Both the position numbers and the translations under genes were made by a program. Below the pieces are notes generated by a model. That model was not told where the DNA came from. It saw only the letters and a list, made by a program, of their open reading frames with translations, and did not search any database. A DNA stretch of 57,114 bases, counting the filler, from Basidiobolus ranarum (lineage: Eukaryota): NCBI GenBank assembly GCA_040143965.1. It is 7 parts of 7 records of this genome, joined end to end, with 100 filler letters (N's around TTAATTAATTAA, not from the genome) between each part and the next. Parts side by side here need not be neighbours in the genome. Positions count along the whole stretch, not along the records: positions 8,196 to 16,288 come from JASJQH010001022.1; positions 16,389 to 24,476 come from JASJQH010001023.1; 5 more parts are not named here. The stretch is one strand, 5' to 3'. This document shows, in pieces, positions 12,193 through 24,576 of the stretch (its first letter is position 1; every line of letters begins with the position of its first letter).

Positions 12193-13732
12193 ATGTCTTC
12201 TATAAGACTCCTCTCGCGTTGTTTCGCTACTACCAAAAATGTTTCTTCCAACTGGCAAAGTTCAGTATTTCGTACTATTGCTCCTAAATGGGGTGTAACT
12301 AGATGTTTAGCTACAGAAGCCTCTCAGTCCAATGCCATTTCTCAGCAACGCAAAAAGTCCGGGGCTCCATACACTCCCCACTCTCCGCGACTAGCTTCTG
12401 TGGATGAACAAGAGCAACCTGACGAGATGGTTTCTCTCGGTGAAGGTAGGCTGTTTCATTCTCCATGCTGGTACTTCCTAAATTCATTTACTAATTCTGC
12501 TCTATATATTCTATTTGATTTCTATTATTCGCTACCAAGAATCCGCCGTATCACCTGACGATATTAAAACTCGTAACATGACTGTTAACTTCGGACCTCA
12601 GCATCCTGCTGCCCACGGTGTATTACGTTTGATTTTGGAATTGCAAGGTGAAATTATTGAACGTGCCGACCCTCACATAGGTCTTCTTCATCGTGGTACA
12701 GAGAAGCTCATTGAATACAAAACCTACCTCCAGGCTTTACCATATTTTGATCGATTAGATTATTGTTCTATGATGTGCAACGAGCAATGTTACTCCCTTG
12801 CAGTAGAGAAGCTTCTTAATATTGAAGTTCCAGAGCGTGCTAAGTATATTCGTACTTTATTTGGAGAAATTACCCGTATCATCAATCACCAAATGTCTAT
12901 TTACACACATACTATGGATGTTGGTGCTTTAACTCCTTTCTTGTGGATGTTTGAGGAGCGTGAAAAGTTGATGGAGTTCTACGAACGCGTTTCTGGCGCT
13001 CGTATGCATGCTGCCTATGTACGCCCTGGAGGTGTCGCCTACGATCTTCCTTTGGGCTTGATGGACGACATTTATGAATGGGCCACTCGTTATAGCTCTC
13101 GTATCGATGAAACTGAAGAAGCTTTAACTGGTAATCGTATCTGGAAAAATCGTACCATTGATATTGGTAAAGTAACTTACCAACAAGCCCTCGATTGGTC
13201 ATTCTCTGGCGTGATGCTTCGTGGTTCTGGAATCCAATGGGATTTACGTAAGGTCTCACCATATGATGCCTACGATAAAGTCGAGTTTGATGTTCCTATC
13301 GGGATAAACGGTGATTGCTACGACCGTTTCATATGTCGTGTTGAAGAAATGCGACAATCCCTTCGCATTATCATTCAATGCATGAATCAAATGCCTGATG
13401 GCCCAGTCAAGGTGGAAGATGCTAAAATCGCACCCCCTTCTCGTAGTGATATGAAGGAATCTATGGAAAGTTTGATCCATCACTTCAAACTTTATTCTGA
13501 GGGATATGCTGTCCCTGCTGGAGAAACATACACAGCCATTGAAGCACCCAAGGGAGAGTTCGGTGTATATCTTGTTTCTGACGGAACCAGTCGCCCCTAT
13601 AGATGTAAGATTAAGGCACCTGGTTTCTCTCACTTAGCTGGTTCTGACTTCATGGCCCGCGGTCATATGATTGCTGATATGGTAACCATTATTGGTACTT
13701 GTGATATTGTATTTGGTGAAGTAGATCGCTAG
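12193..13732 (+). CDS. NDUFS2: NADH:ubiquinone oxidoreductase 49 kDa subunit, mitochondrial; join(12193..12445,12540..13732)
   Basis: [32 protein letters not shown]-terminal DIVFGEVDR; Arg/Ser-rich targeting peptide in exon 1; in-frame GT-AG intron 12446-12539. Confidence 0.98.
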
Positions 13733-13818
13733 GTCTATTTGTTGCAAAGCACCTTGACATTATCCAACGTCCACCTATCCTAAATATGATATATATTCAT
13801 TGCTTTACATTCACCGTC

Positions 13819-13848
13819 TATTATTATTATTATTATTATTATATATAT
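13819..13848. repeat. (TTA)n / (TA)n microsatellite in the NDUFS2 3' region
   Basis: TATTATTATTATTATTATTATTATATATAT. Confidence 0.9.
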
Positions 13849-14515
13849 GTACTCCTTCAGTAATCACATTGAATATTTATGTACTTTCTCGACCTCCGCT
13901 TCAAATAAACCTCAATCAATGCACCTCTGTGGCTTCGCAAAGAGACCTCTTGTGAGTAGAGTAACAGGTCCATGGTATTTTTAGAGATCCACGCTTGGTG
14001 AATCCGGAGCACCATCTTAAGGCCATCAAGAGATGGTTCCGTACATTGAAAGTGGCTATAATCATTTGTACTAAGAAAGGCATAGTATCAAACCAGTGTA
14101 TTATCCTTTGTAATAAGCGTGGTTAGCCTTTCGGTGGATGACCAGTATCATCAATAGTATTGACTACTTTCTGTGCATACTCTAGGAGCTGAATCACAAA
14201 TACAACACGTGATTAGTTTTTCTTTATCCATTCATCAATGATTTTGGAAGCAATGCAAGCCTCTAGTTTAAATATAAGCATGCTTTAGTCAAGAGAATTT
14301 AAAATCTCATCGATTCTCCCAGAGCTTTATGAATTTGAGGTGGAACCTGGAGCATTACCAATATAAATAAAATGGAAAGTATCGAATCCAATCTGTACTC
14401 TACAACGACAATAAACGCTAATATTCCATACAACCAACATTAACAATAACATGTAGGGAAAAGCAAGAATATATGTAGGATGGTTTTGCTTTAATGTAGA
14501 ATGGACATTGGATGT

Positions 14516-15030
14516 CTAGATAAAAGATCTAGGCTTAGTTGGATCACGTACGGTCTCTTCAGGAGTTTGGATTTTAGCTTTTGGAATGACTATGTAAAAC
14601 AAGAATATAAGTTAGTTAGTATCCGAAAGAGAAAAATCTTCCTCAATAAAGGAAGGAAACATAAGATATCTTTACCAATAGGTAACTCTAGTTTATTATT
14701 TTTCGTAGAATTGGATAAATCTTCTTCGGTAGATATTTCTCCATTTTGAAGTTGTTGCAGACGCTCTTCTAAAAGTTGTACTTTTAACTCCATCTTTTCT
14801 TTGTATTCTTGGTGTTCCATTCTAGTCCATAATAAATTCACCGAAAAGGAACCTAACACTGTACACAACAAGAAAGGCAGTGTAAGTCGAGATATCTGTT
14901 CTTTGGTATCTAGTCGAAGACTTGGCATGTTGAGTCGACGAACATGCATGGAATTAGGCAGCTTTCCACTTCTAAAGTGAGAAAGGGCGATCATGGGTGG
15001 TCTTCGAATAGAAAGTCTTGTGAAGTTCAT
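14516..15030 (-). CDS. Small putative mitochondrial single-TM protein; join(14676..15030,14516..14589)
   Basis: Arg-rich N-terminus, one TM (PFLLCTVLGSFSVNLLW), coiled coil; intron GTAAAG...ACTAAC...TAG (14675-14590) restores frame to ..KPRSFI*. Confidence 0.75.
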
Positions 15031-15958
15031 ACTATCAAAGATACAACAAAAATGGATATGCTAAGAACTTCAAACAAGAGAATTCTTAAATCAACAAATC
15101 TTTCATTAAGCGGCTTAATGAGAACCAATTCCCAGTGGATGAATCAAATTTTGCCTGATCTAATTAGCATCTTTTCTCCATCAGATTGAATCCGAAATAC
15201 ATACATCCTTCCATAGCAATCCCCATTATATTGAATTCTAATTAAGTACCCAATAATTTATCTCTAATTCGTTATGGGACTCATCCCTAACTGAAGAAAT
15301 GCTATGAACACAGTTGACTACCCTAGTGTTGGGCATTTTCAAAGAGTGGAGGCCATTGCAAGCGACTGCGATATATGCGTGATGGGGGGTTAACAGACAC
15401 TACACTTACAACCATTGGAAATGATCTTCTAGCACTAATAGATATATGAAGGGAGCTGTGTCATACAACATTAGAGCTAATCTTATAATATTAGCCTTAT
15501 CATAACATTCAACAATGCTGTTTAAGGATTCCAAATGAGCAAGAACTCAAGCTAAACTTTTAAAGCCTGTCCTTCATTCAAGAAGCAACCGAAACATCTC
15601 CAGGTGTAGAGGAAGTTAGATCTATCTGATTTTATGGGCGTAAGGTTCTTTTAAACATAAACAGATTCTTTCAGTTTAGGCTCAGAGCAACATTCAGTTA
15701 TCAATCTTCGTTTAGTGTGATAAGAAACAGGCTGTCAGTTCTTCGATACAACACTAGATTACGTTACTGTGACCAAGTGAAAGGTGTTATTTACCTATCT
15801 GACTAATGATTAAATCTAGACATCGACAGTCTTATGTCGAGTTCCATTTCAATTAGAATAATCACAGTTTCCTGCAAACCACATCATTCCCATGCACTGC
15901 TTTGCGAGCTTGGGTGGTGTAAGAGGTTCACGAAACCAATTTATTTCCATCAATCGAT

Positions 15959-16288
15959 TCACAAGTTAATTAACTTGAGGAATTCAGCAAAGGTGCCGAT
16001 TTCCCCGTTTGGCTTGATTTTACTCAAGTCGAGGTCTGGGATTACGCTGGTGAAATCATCCTGGGTCGAATCTTTAGTCCAATGGTACTCGGAAATATTA
16101 ATCAATAAAGGAATTATCTCATCACCAACAAACAGTTGGACTATGCGTACAGCCAGATCCATCCCAGCAGTGACCCCTGATGATGTGAATACATTACCAT
16201 CCTCGACCCAGCGAGCTTCACGAACCCAGGTTACTTTAGGTCCGAATTGAATAGTCCAAGGATGAGTTACTTTGTTGGAGGTGGCTCT
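15959..16288 (-). CDS. DJ-1/PfpI (class I glutamine amidotransferase-like) family protein, 5'-truncated by contig end
   Basis: Open frame RATSNK..W..GPKVTWVREARWVEDGNVFTSSGVTAGMDLA..SEYHWTKDSTQDDF. Confidence 0.88.
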   Translation of the reverse strand, partial: RATSNKVTHPWTIQFGPKVTWVREARWVEDGNVFTSSGVTAGMDLAVRIVQLFVGDEIIPLLINISEYHWTKDSTQDDFTSVIPDLDLSKIKPNGEIGTFAEFLKLINL

Positions 16289-16388
16289 NNNNNNNNNNNN
16301 NNNNNNNNNNNNNNNNNNNNNNNNNNNNNNNNTTAATTAATTAANNNNNNNNNNNNNNNNNNNNNNNNNNNNNNNNNNNNNNNNNNNN
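16289..16388. other. Artificial contig spacer
   Basis: N44-TTAATTAATTAA-N44. Confidence 0.99.
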
Positions 16389-16527
16389 TACTACTGTCCC
16401 TTTCCAATGAAAAGCCGGGCTCATATTCGTTCCCTTCCTTGCTAATACACTGGTTGATGCATCTTTGAGTAATTGTGTAGGCGGTGGCAACACCGGCAAC
16501 GGCAAGTATTTGGATCACAGAATGCAT
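16389..16527 (-). CDS. 5' end of a secreted Cys-containing protein, paralogue of the 17375-18268 pseudogene; truncated by contig end
   Basis: MHSVIQILAVAGVATAYTITQRCINQCISKEGNEYEPGFSL aligns with IDSIGKILIVATVTAAYPISDTCVNECVSTVGKRYVPGFSL; TATA-like TATATAAG just upstream. Confidence 0.75.
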
Positions 16528-17374
16528 TATCAGTTGATGTTGTGATTCCTGCCCCAAACTGTACTTATATACTACTACACCACCTATAACCTAAATATCT
16601 AGTTTTAGTGATTTTAATCTCGATATGAATAAGAACGCCAATATTGTTATCGATTAGTAGCCGCCACTATGCGATATTTTGTCAGATCGTGTGAATGTCA
16701 TGTGCTGTGGGCTCGGAGATATAAATGCCACCTTATCGTGGTTTTGGTGTGGATGCGTAGTTTGATTTCTTCTATGAAGAACGTTGGTCTGGTACAGGCT
16801 TAAATTGCAATTTCAATTGGGTTAGAATTCTAAATTGTATTTGGCTTTTTTGGCATATTTGCTAAGGCCAGGATGCCCATATCAACTAATGGAGGGTCAG
16901 TGGCGATTTTTAATCGGGTTCGAGCATCTAAAAAGAGAATGAGATGTTCGAGATTTCAGAAATTTTGTGACCTCGATGATCACTAATCACAATGTTGACT
17001 ATTTTATCCTCATTATAGTAATTGGGAGGTATATGAGTTTGCAAGGCACGTGGGGTCATGGACGCACCAAGTATTCAACCAAGTAGAATTGCTACCAGGA
17101 TAACCTAAGAAAGAGTAACTTCCGCCGAGAATTCCCCGCTAAAATACTGGCTTAAGAATATGGCTTGTTCATGATAGTGGCGCTGTTTAACCGCTCACAA
17201 TTATGCCATAAGAATTTGACTCTTGATGTTAGCAACTTACTTGGTGATCTAGAGCTTGTCAATGAAGATATTTCTGAAACCTTAGTTTTTTTGTTCTTCA
17301 AAAATGGTTGAATTGCATCCAAAGATATAATAACGGAGAGCATCCTGCTAGTTTATTTTTAATTGTCAAAGAAT

Positions 17375-18268
17375 TTAAGGCCAATCACAAGCGATTGAGT
17401 CTTGAAATGGCTTACAAAGTATACCAGGGGTACAATCCTGCTAATAGAGTCTGCCGTTAGAGCAGATAGTAAATTCTCCAGTTTCTCCAGGGCTGACACA
17501 TTGGTAGGCTCCATGCTTACAAGCACCTTCTGTAGGCCTTGATGAAGATTCGTGGGTGACTGTTACCGTAGCGACATAGGTAGCCGTCATTGTTAGCGAG
17601 TCATATTCTGCATGTTTGGGGCATTCAGTTTCCAATGCTGTAGCTGGTAGGGTGTGTGTAGACTTGTGAGTCTCGGTACAGTTTACAGCCTTTCTAATCA
17701 CTGTTGCCTTGCAAGACTAGGTAGTTTTAGGTCCCCACGGAGGACGCATTTGGACAAGATCCTCACAATCGGTTAATGTGAATGGGGACGTATTCTGTGT
17801 ATCAATAGATGTTTTGATATCAGTAATGCCGTTAAGTCCAGTCGCTCTTGGAGTGGTAGAGTTATCCAAAGATTCCAGATGGTCGGTAGTTTTGAGAACA
17901 CAAGTAGTCACCGTGACCCTCTGCGGTTTGAACGTGGTTACAGATACCTTATTATCTGTAATACTGGAAAGCCTGAGAGATTGGCATGTTTATAATTTCA
18001 TATAAATAGATTCTATCATTACGTAAGGTCCACACTTAGATGCTATGAAGTAATTCATTATGTCGTGGTTGAGCGCCTGGTTTGCTTCGTTCTCCGAATT
18101 GCAATATACCATAGTACTTGATTTGTTTCTACCATTTCCAAGAACCAAGGAAAACCCAGGTACATACCTTTTACCAACAGTGCTAACGCATTCATTAACA
18201 CAAGTGTCAGATATAGGATAGGCAGCAGTAACTGTAGCCACAATAAGTATTTTGCCAATGGAGTCTAT
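17375..18268 (-). pseudogene. Pseudogene of a secreted Thr-rich protein with C-terminal CBM19-like module
   Basis: One reading frame of 298 codons with three internal stops (17990, 17717, 17441) and ATA where the paralogue has ATG; ends CKHGAYQCVSPGETGEFTICSNGRLY*QDCTPGILCKPFQDSIACDWP. Confidence 0.85.
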
Positions 18269-18879
18269 TCTTCTTAGATGCCTTGACGGCAATCTCCATG
18301 CAATACTTCAATATAATATTTACTAGCTAAACTTCGGAAGTCAACTTGATTCCACACTCTGAATAAGTGAAGAGTATCGTATAATTGCAACCGAGTGGTG
18401 CGGTATAAAATTTGTAAATCTCTGAAGAAATTACTAGTAACACAAGTATTCTCGATCATGTAGTGCACGGACAAGCATATGTTACTAACACCCGTCTATA
18501 TTTAGATAAGGATCTTGACTGATTATCTCATATAACCAAATACTTCTGGAACGTGACAACATTTAACCCTATCTTCGTTAGGCAGAGCCAGTTAAGATAA
18601 TAGTATCCCAGAATGTTACTATGCATAGTTTGAATTGAGTACGGCGGGTTTCACACGCTAGTCGATGTAAAGCACCAATATTAAGGGCGACAGAAAGTCT
18701 ACATATGTTGAATAGAGAGGGCAACTCAAAAAAGCAGCGTACTGGAAGCAAGGGTACTCTAGAGAACCACAGTTAAAACTTGGAGAAGTATCGCAATAGA
18801 CCGTCATTTCAACTTTAGCCGGAGACGATGAATTTAGGAAGAGCATACCCGCATTCAGGTAAACTAAATTATACTTGTG

Positions 18880-19500
18880 ATCCTGTATAGGACAGGCCCT
18901 ATCAAGCAATTACACGAGCCACAATCAGACTTGGGAAGTAATTATTTGTTATCGCCAGATTGTGGAATTTCCCTGAAGTATTTCCCCATTCCGGAGAATT
19001 CTCTAACTCAATACATCAATAAGTGGATTCAGCAATATCAATCAGTATCACTACCCCAAGAGATCCCAATTGGCAGACGCCATATATCCCAATACCCCAA
19101 ACACTTCTCTGATCGGAGAAGTTGGTATTGGAAGTAACTATGCTCACTTCTTTACGTTTAACGGCAGCCTGGCCTGCTAAGATCAGAGTCTGAATACAGC
19201 CTCCTGCCCCAGCTCCCAAAATAAGCAAATAGCCCAATTTGGTGGGCGCGAGTTGTATCTACCTTGAACATCGTGATCAGACCCCCGATGTGATGGCTGA
19301 TTCACTGAGAACAATCTGATAATAAAATGAGATGTTAAATATCACCCCGAAGAACACCATTCCTTAAAAAAATTACGATGAAAGAAAACCGCAGTGAGCG
19401 CATCCCGAATAACCGGTAAGGAATGATTGGTTCGGCCGCGACTTTATACTCCACCGCTATAAATGCTATCGACAATACGCCCGAATCAACATGATCGTGC
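18880..19500 (-). pseudogene. MFS drug:H+ antiporter-2 (DHA2/EmrB-type) pseudogene fragment
   Basis: Frameshifted pieces AFIAVEYKVAAEPIIPYRLF; LGMVFFGVIFNISFYYQIVLSESAITSGV; GYLLILGAGAGGCIQTLILAGQAAVKRKEVSIVTS; boundaries approximate. Confidence 0.8.
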
Positions 19501-21571
19501 TCTGCGAGGCTCCGGATAACGCACTAACAATCTTGAAGATGACGAAGGTGGTCAAAAATGTGACACCATATCCAATTTTCTCGAACTCATTACGAATCCG
19601 TTTCTGAAAAAACTCTTTCACAAAACGCATGTTTTCACAAGTATATCGTTGCTGGACCACATGCCACTTGTTCTCTATGTTTGATGTAGCCATCTTGCAA
19701 GATTACCCTTCTTCTTGCTGGTAATTCCTCTACACTCTCGTGAGCCTTAGACCACTCAGTACCCAGCATATGAACCATTGAAAACTCAAGCTTTTGCTTC
19801 CTTTTTGTAGTGTTTACTCTGGCCAGACTTCCTTTACCTTGCCATTACAACCACCTCAACTCAACATGGATGGCATTGACAGAGTGTAATATGACTCAAA
19901 GCATTTATCCTGCATGTTTCCACTCACTTCCAGTCTATCCCAAACTCTGTCATATGCTTTATCGCTGATACCTGCTGTCTTCGAACTTAATATACTTCTA
20001 TGAAAAGATATAACACTAGAGATCAGATGCAGGCAGACAGGAACTACAAAATATTTGGGTACAGATTAACCTGTCAATTCTTCTTGACAAAGATCTCTGA
20101 TTATTGAACAGAGTAATTGGTCATGTACAACGGCATTATATCCTCTTTGGGTAAAGTTGATTTAGATGAAGACTGACAATACCATGGTGGATATAAAGTA
20201 AATACCAACCCATTAAACCGCTCACAATAGCACTCATAACTGAAGGTTTTCTTTGCGTTCATTCTCTGTTGGCAATGTCGCCACTTTAGCATGCACTGGA
20301 GGTCGTTATGAAAAATTACAAGACAGTCTTGAATGTACAGTTCATGATTTGAAGACCTCCCAGAAAGCCTGAACTCTGTTGCAAGAATGCTATGAGACAT
20401 GGTGTCTTGCTATTAAACTCTTTTTCACAAGAAATTTTTGTAAGATAAAGATGGAGAAATAGATACCATTTTATAATAAAGAACATGAGTATCTACATTG
20501 CTGACTCTGGCCAGAGTATCAAGAAATATGGCCTTAGCCTTGCATGCTGAGGTAGCATTGGTTTCTCTGAGCTATTGCAGGCAAAATTGGGATTGGGCTT
20601 TTCTGGCTGATGCAAAGTCATTTAGCAAGGCTATATTGATAGTGTCTTAGTTCAGGACTTTTTAGTGGATACTTTTTGGTTGGAGTATATTGAGAATTGA
20701 TTAAGATGGTGATCACTTGGTCTAAAAAGTTGAAAATGTATCAGTATAAATTTTCATAACTAAGTCAATTGCGATTTTCTCGAATGTATGCTGTGTCAGC
20801 CATACTCTTTTCATATTTCACAAAACCAGCTTGTTTGTCCACCCACTGCACTTATCTACTTCTTTGGTTCACTAAAGTTCAATATCTTTGATCCCTTTTC
20901 TCTTGGCTATGACAAGAGGGTCTTATAGCAAGAGATAGCATTAGTACAACTACCATCAATCCAATTTCTGTACAAGACCCAGCTTGCAACATTTTCATAC
21001 TGTTGGCTGCCTTTGAGCCACATCTTACATCTGAGCTTTTAACCACAGGTCAACATCTTCATTAAAGTATCTTTATTCAGAATACGTGACTGCGTGAGTG
21101 TCTGGTCTAGTTGAATTCTCCAGTAACGATGGAAATGACCTTCGTTGCTCAGTTATTAGATTAATATAGATAAATATCCCATAGTAGTTATCCAAGTGAC
21201 CAACTATTGAAGCTTATTCTCAATTGGGGAATAGAAATTATACCCTACGCTGATGTTACGTTTGTCAGGAAGTTGAATCATCATGATTTACAGGGCATTG
21301 GTATCAAGACCTCAAGTTTTATTTCACAGTTCTTACAGCATACTACCTCATGTGATATATATCAAATACAGAATGCAGATACCATACTCTAAAATCCTGA
21401 TTTTGGTTCTTTAATCTAATACCGCTGGAGCCATCTAATGACCATGATCCCGCCAATCAAGAAGACACGTTGCTTTTCGAGGTATCATTTTTGATTTATA
21501 CAACTACATTGGACTCTTGTATTTGCCTCACGGATGAACCCCGGTAAGACAACATCCCGTTTGAGCAATTC

Positions 21572-22649
21572 CTAACTTTTACCAGCAATCAGAATACTCT
21601 CGGGGTAGTTGATAGACACTAAATGAAAATCTGCGTTGGGATTTTGACTTGAATCTCTTAGGCTTAATTCAGGTTCTTTCAAATGATTCTCAGGCTTCTG
21701 GGTAGCGTTTAGCGGATTTCTCGCTCTCTGCGCCGGACATTTTGGGGATCGAGTGTGCTCTATCAAGCTGTTAGACTCAAAAGAGCTGTTACTAGCGTCT
21801 GAAGATCTCTTTGCATTCCAAAGTTGGTATGTCATTAGACATGAGCCAATTACCACTATTGACACGGATATAAATGTTAGTCTTGTGCTAAGGGGGTGTA
21901 TACTTTCTAGGCTCGTTACCTGATAAAACAAGTAGTACTACCCCGATATTCGTTATTCCAAGTATTAGAGTCGTGATAACCAATAGTGTTGTTGTTATAG
22001 TAATCCCTATCATATATATAAGACCGTCTTGTTGTAACGCCTTCCATTGTGCTTGATTTGAATGCAACTGCTGATTTCTGAGAATGTAGATAAAGATAGC
22101 AGAATATAGCACGTTTATAGTCACGTCAAATGCCAACTCCGCAAGAAGCGTGGACTCCGTGAGAATACTGAGGCAGTTGTTGGTTGTCTCCTCTCTAGTA
22201 AATGTTTCTCTCCACGCCGCAACAACGAAGGATCCGATGAATCCCAATTCAAGCGCTATATGTGTGAACAACAGCCATTTTACTTTGTTCAGTGCGTAGT
22301 ATGACTTAACAAATAACAGAGAATGTAAGAAGCACAAGGCCATTGCAAGCCATGGCTCGATCAGACGCCCTTGCGTGGTACAATCCTCGAAAGGTGCAAA
22401 GTATCCGATGATGGAAAACAACAATAATATAAATACACATGAAGCTTGAAGAAAACAGAGCCAAGGTACGGGGGTGAATGCACCGCGGCTTTTACGTAAG
22501 AGTAACATTCGCATAGAATATACCAAGTTTGGTACCATCATCACGATCAATGCAGTATATACAAACATCATCACCTTGGTCGTTTGGAGTATTTCTTGAA
22601 TTTCATCTAGCTCACTCGGTGAGAATTGGCTCTGTTCAGGCTGTGACAT
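21572..22649 (-). CDS. Seven-transmembrane, GPCR-like membrane protein; join(21920..22649,21572..21855)
   Basis: Seven hydrophobic helices after splicing the 64-nt intron GTAACG...CTAAC...TAG (21919-21856); Cys before TM3 and in the TM4-5 loop; hydrophilic C-tail. Confidence 0.8.
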
Positions 22650-23990
22650 ACAATCTATTGTAGCAGCAATGCTGAATGATATATTAAAGAAGTTTGAAGT
22701 CCAGCACCTTTATATAATCTCGTAGGTAGACCTGGAACTGATAGAGATGGGTAAAGAAACTCCTGGCAGGTGGTAAGAGGATGATCGACTGTCTCGTAGA
22801 GGAAAGATCTGAGCGGAACCAAGAATGAGAGAGTGTTAACGTCGCAGTAAGATGTACATCAAATAGGTCGAGCTTATATTCTGTTTTTCCATAATTCCTG
22901 TTAGCAACAGAACAGTCTTAGGCACCTATGAGTTGTAGTTTGACACTGGTACTTGAATACGTCTAGTTTCATATTGATTTTAAGGAACGGACGTATGTTG
23001 ATCGTCGTATTCTCCATCCTTGCTAGCACGGTATCCATACATTTCCATTACTTGATAGGTATCATTTAGACTGACTCATGCTAGTGATTTATTTGTTACC
23101 CAGCTGTTCTGATAACACCAGGTTTCACGACATTTCATTACAGTGAATGCTAAACTTTTTTCCATGAATCCACAACCATCAATGACACTCACAATGTTCG
23201 GTAAGGATTGGACTTTGCATGTAATTGGGATACAGACAGATTAGTTGATGTTTCGTATATAGATTAGGAAGAAGCGAAATATTAAATGCGCCAAAGCTCG
23301 GTATTTGGAATGGTTTTGTCTCGTCCATTTGCGCAATGGTATGGAGAGTTACTCAGAAGCCACCGATGCACCATCCCGGTGTTCACAATAAACTGCAGTT
23401 GGATATCCCTTCAGTCTGCAGTTAGGGTCTATGCAATTAGATTTCCTGAACAGTGGGTCGCTTTTTCAACTGATGCTGGCATAACTCTATTTTAGCAACA
23501 ACTTTGCCCGTCTAGCGCACTTCTATTATTAAGTACCTGTTTGCTTTATCTGGTAATGCAACCCTTTCACATGTAATTTGAACACTTAAAATAGCAACTA
23601 TAAGTTGGGAAGTATGGATTCCTACACATTTGAGTCTAGGATAAGACACTAGAGAGTCTATTGGCTGGTGAAAGCCGTGATGAGCCCAATTTTGATGTAA
23701 ATCCATCGGTACGTTGTCCAGAGGATCAATACCGGGATGCTTAGGACGGAATGTTTATTTAGCGTTTTACAGATTTATGTGCTAAATCCTTAACGTGGAT
23801 CATGAAATGAATTAATCCTTTTGGGGCATGATAAAGATCTTTGGCATTGGTGGAATATTTGCTAGTGTGAAACTTCACCTTAATCTGCCTTGGCGTCAAC
23901 CAGTCAGAGATATAAATGCAGTTCAGGCTTACCATAATGTGAGCAAATGATGTGCCAATTGGATCATAGAAGCCGTATATACATTTTTCC

Positions 23991-24380
23991 TTAACCCCAA
24001 ACATCCTCATTGTATCTCCCACATTGTTGAAGTTGCTGGAAATAGCTGTTTGCTTCTTGAGTATTCATTCCGCCGACCTGCTGGAAGATGGTAATTATGG
24101 TGGTGCTAACATCATGGGCCATCCCCAAAGCAGAGCCGCATACATAGAGAGCGCCCCCTTTATTATGGATAATATCCCATACATCCACTGCTGAAGCTAA
24201 TAGGTCATGCTGAACATACTTCCTGCGATCACCCGCTCGTGAAAAAGAAACTGTTAGCCTGTCTAGCGTTCCTTCGGTAATGAATTCCTCAAGTTCGCTA
24301 CGATATAAGAAATCATATTCGGGAGATCGACAACCAAAAAACAAATATGTAGCTGACTCGCCTCCAAACTTTTTAAAATC
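23991..24380 (-). CDS. Last exon of an NADPH-dependent diflavin/FNR-type oxidoreductase (CPR / methionine synthase reductase-like), 5'-truncated
   Basis: LFFGCR..DFLYRSELEEF, VSFSR..KYVQH, LYVCG..GMAHDV, RYNEDVWG. Confidence 0.88.
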   Translation of the reverse strand, partial: DFKKFGGESATYLFFGCRSPEYDFLYRSELEEFITEGTLDRLTVSFSRAGDRRKYVQHDLLASAVDVWDIIHNKGGALYVCGSALGMAHDVSTTIITIFQQVGGMNTQEANSYFQQLQQCGRYNEDVWG

Positions 24381-24476
24381 TAAAACTTGTATCTCGGATT
24401 TAAACTTTTTAAAACCAAATTCAGATTATAATTATGACGTCTAAGTATTTAAAGTTTGGTTTAAGTTCGAATTAAA

Positions 24477-24576
24477 NNNNNNNNNNNNNNNNNNNNNNNN
24501 NNNNNNNNNNNNNNNNNNNNTTAATTAATTAANNNNNNNNNNNNNNNNNNNNNNNNNNNNNNNNNNNNNNNNNNNN
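24477..24576. other. Artificial contig spacer
   Basis: N44-TTAATTAATTAA-N44. Confidence 0.99.

Noticed and set aside
19700-21060. CpG-poor stretch suggestive of an old TE (similarly 1-520 and 38900-40000)
   Set aside because: No diagnostic domain or terminus could be read; AGGGGGA-TG on the minus strand at ~110 is only weakly PPT/LTR-like
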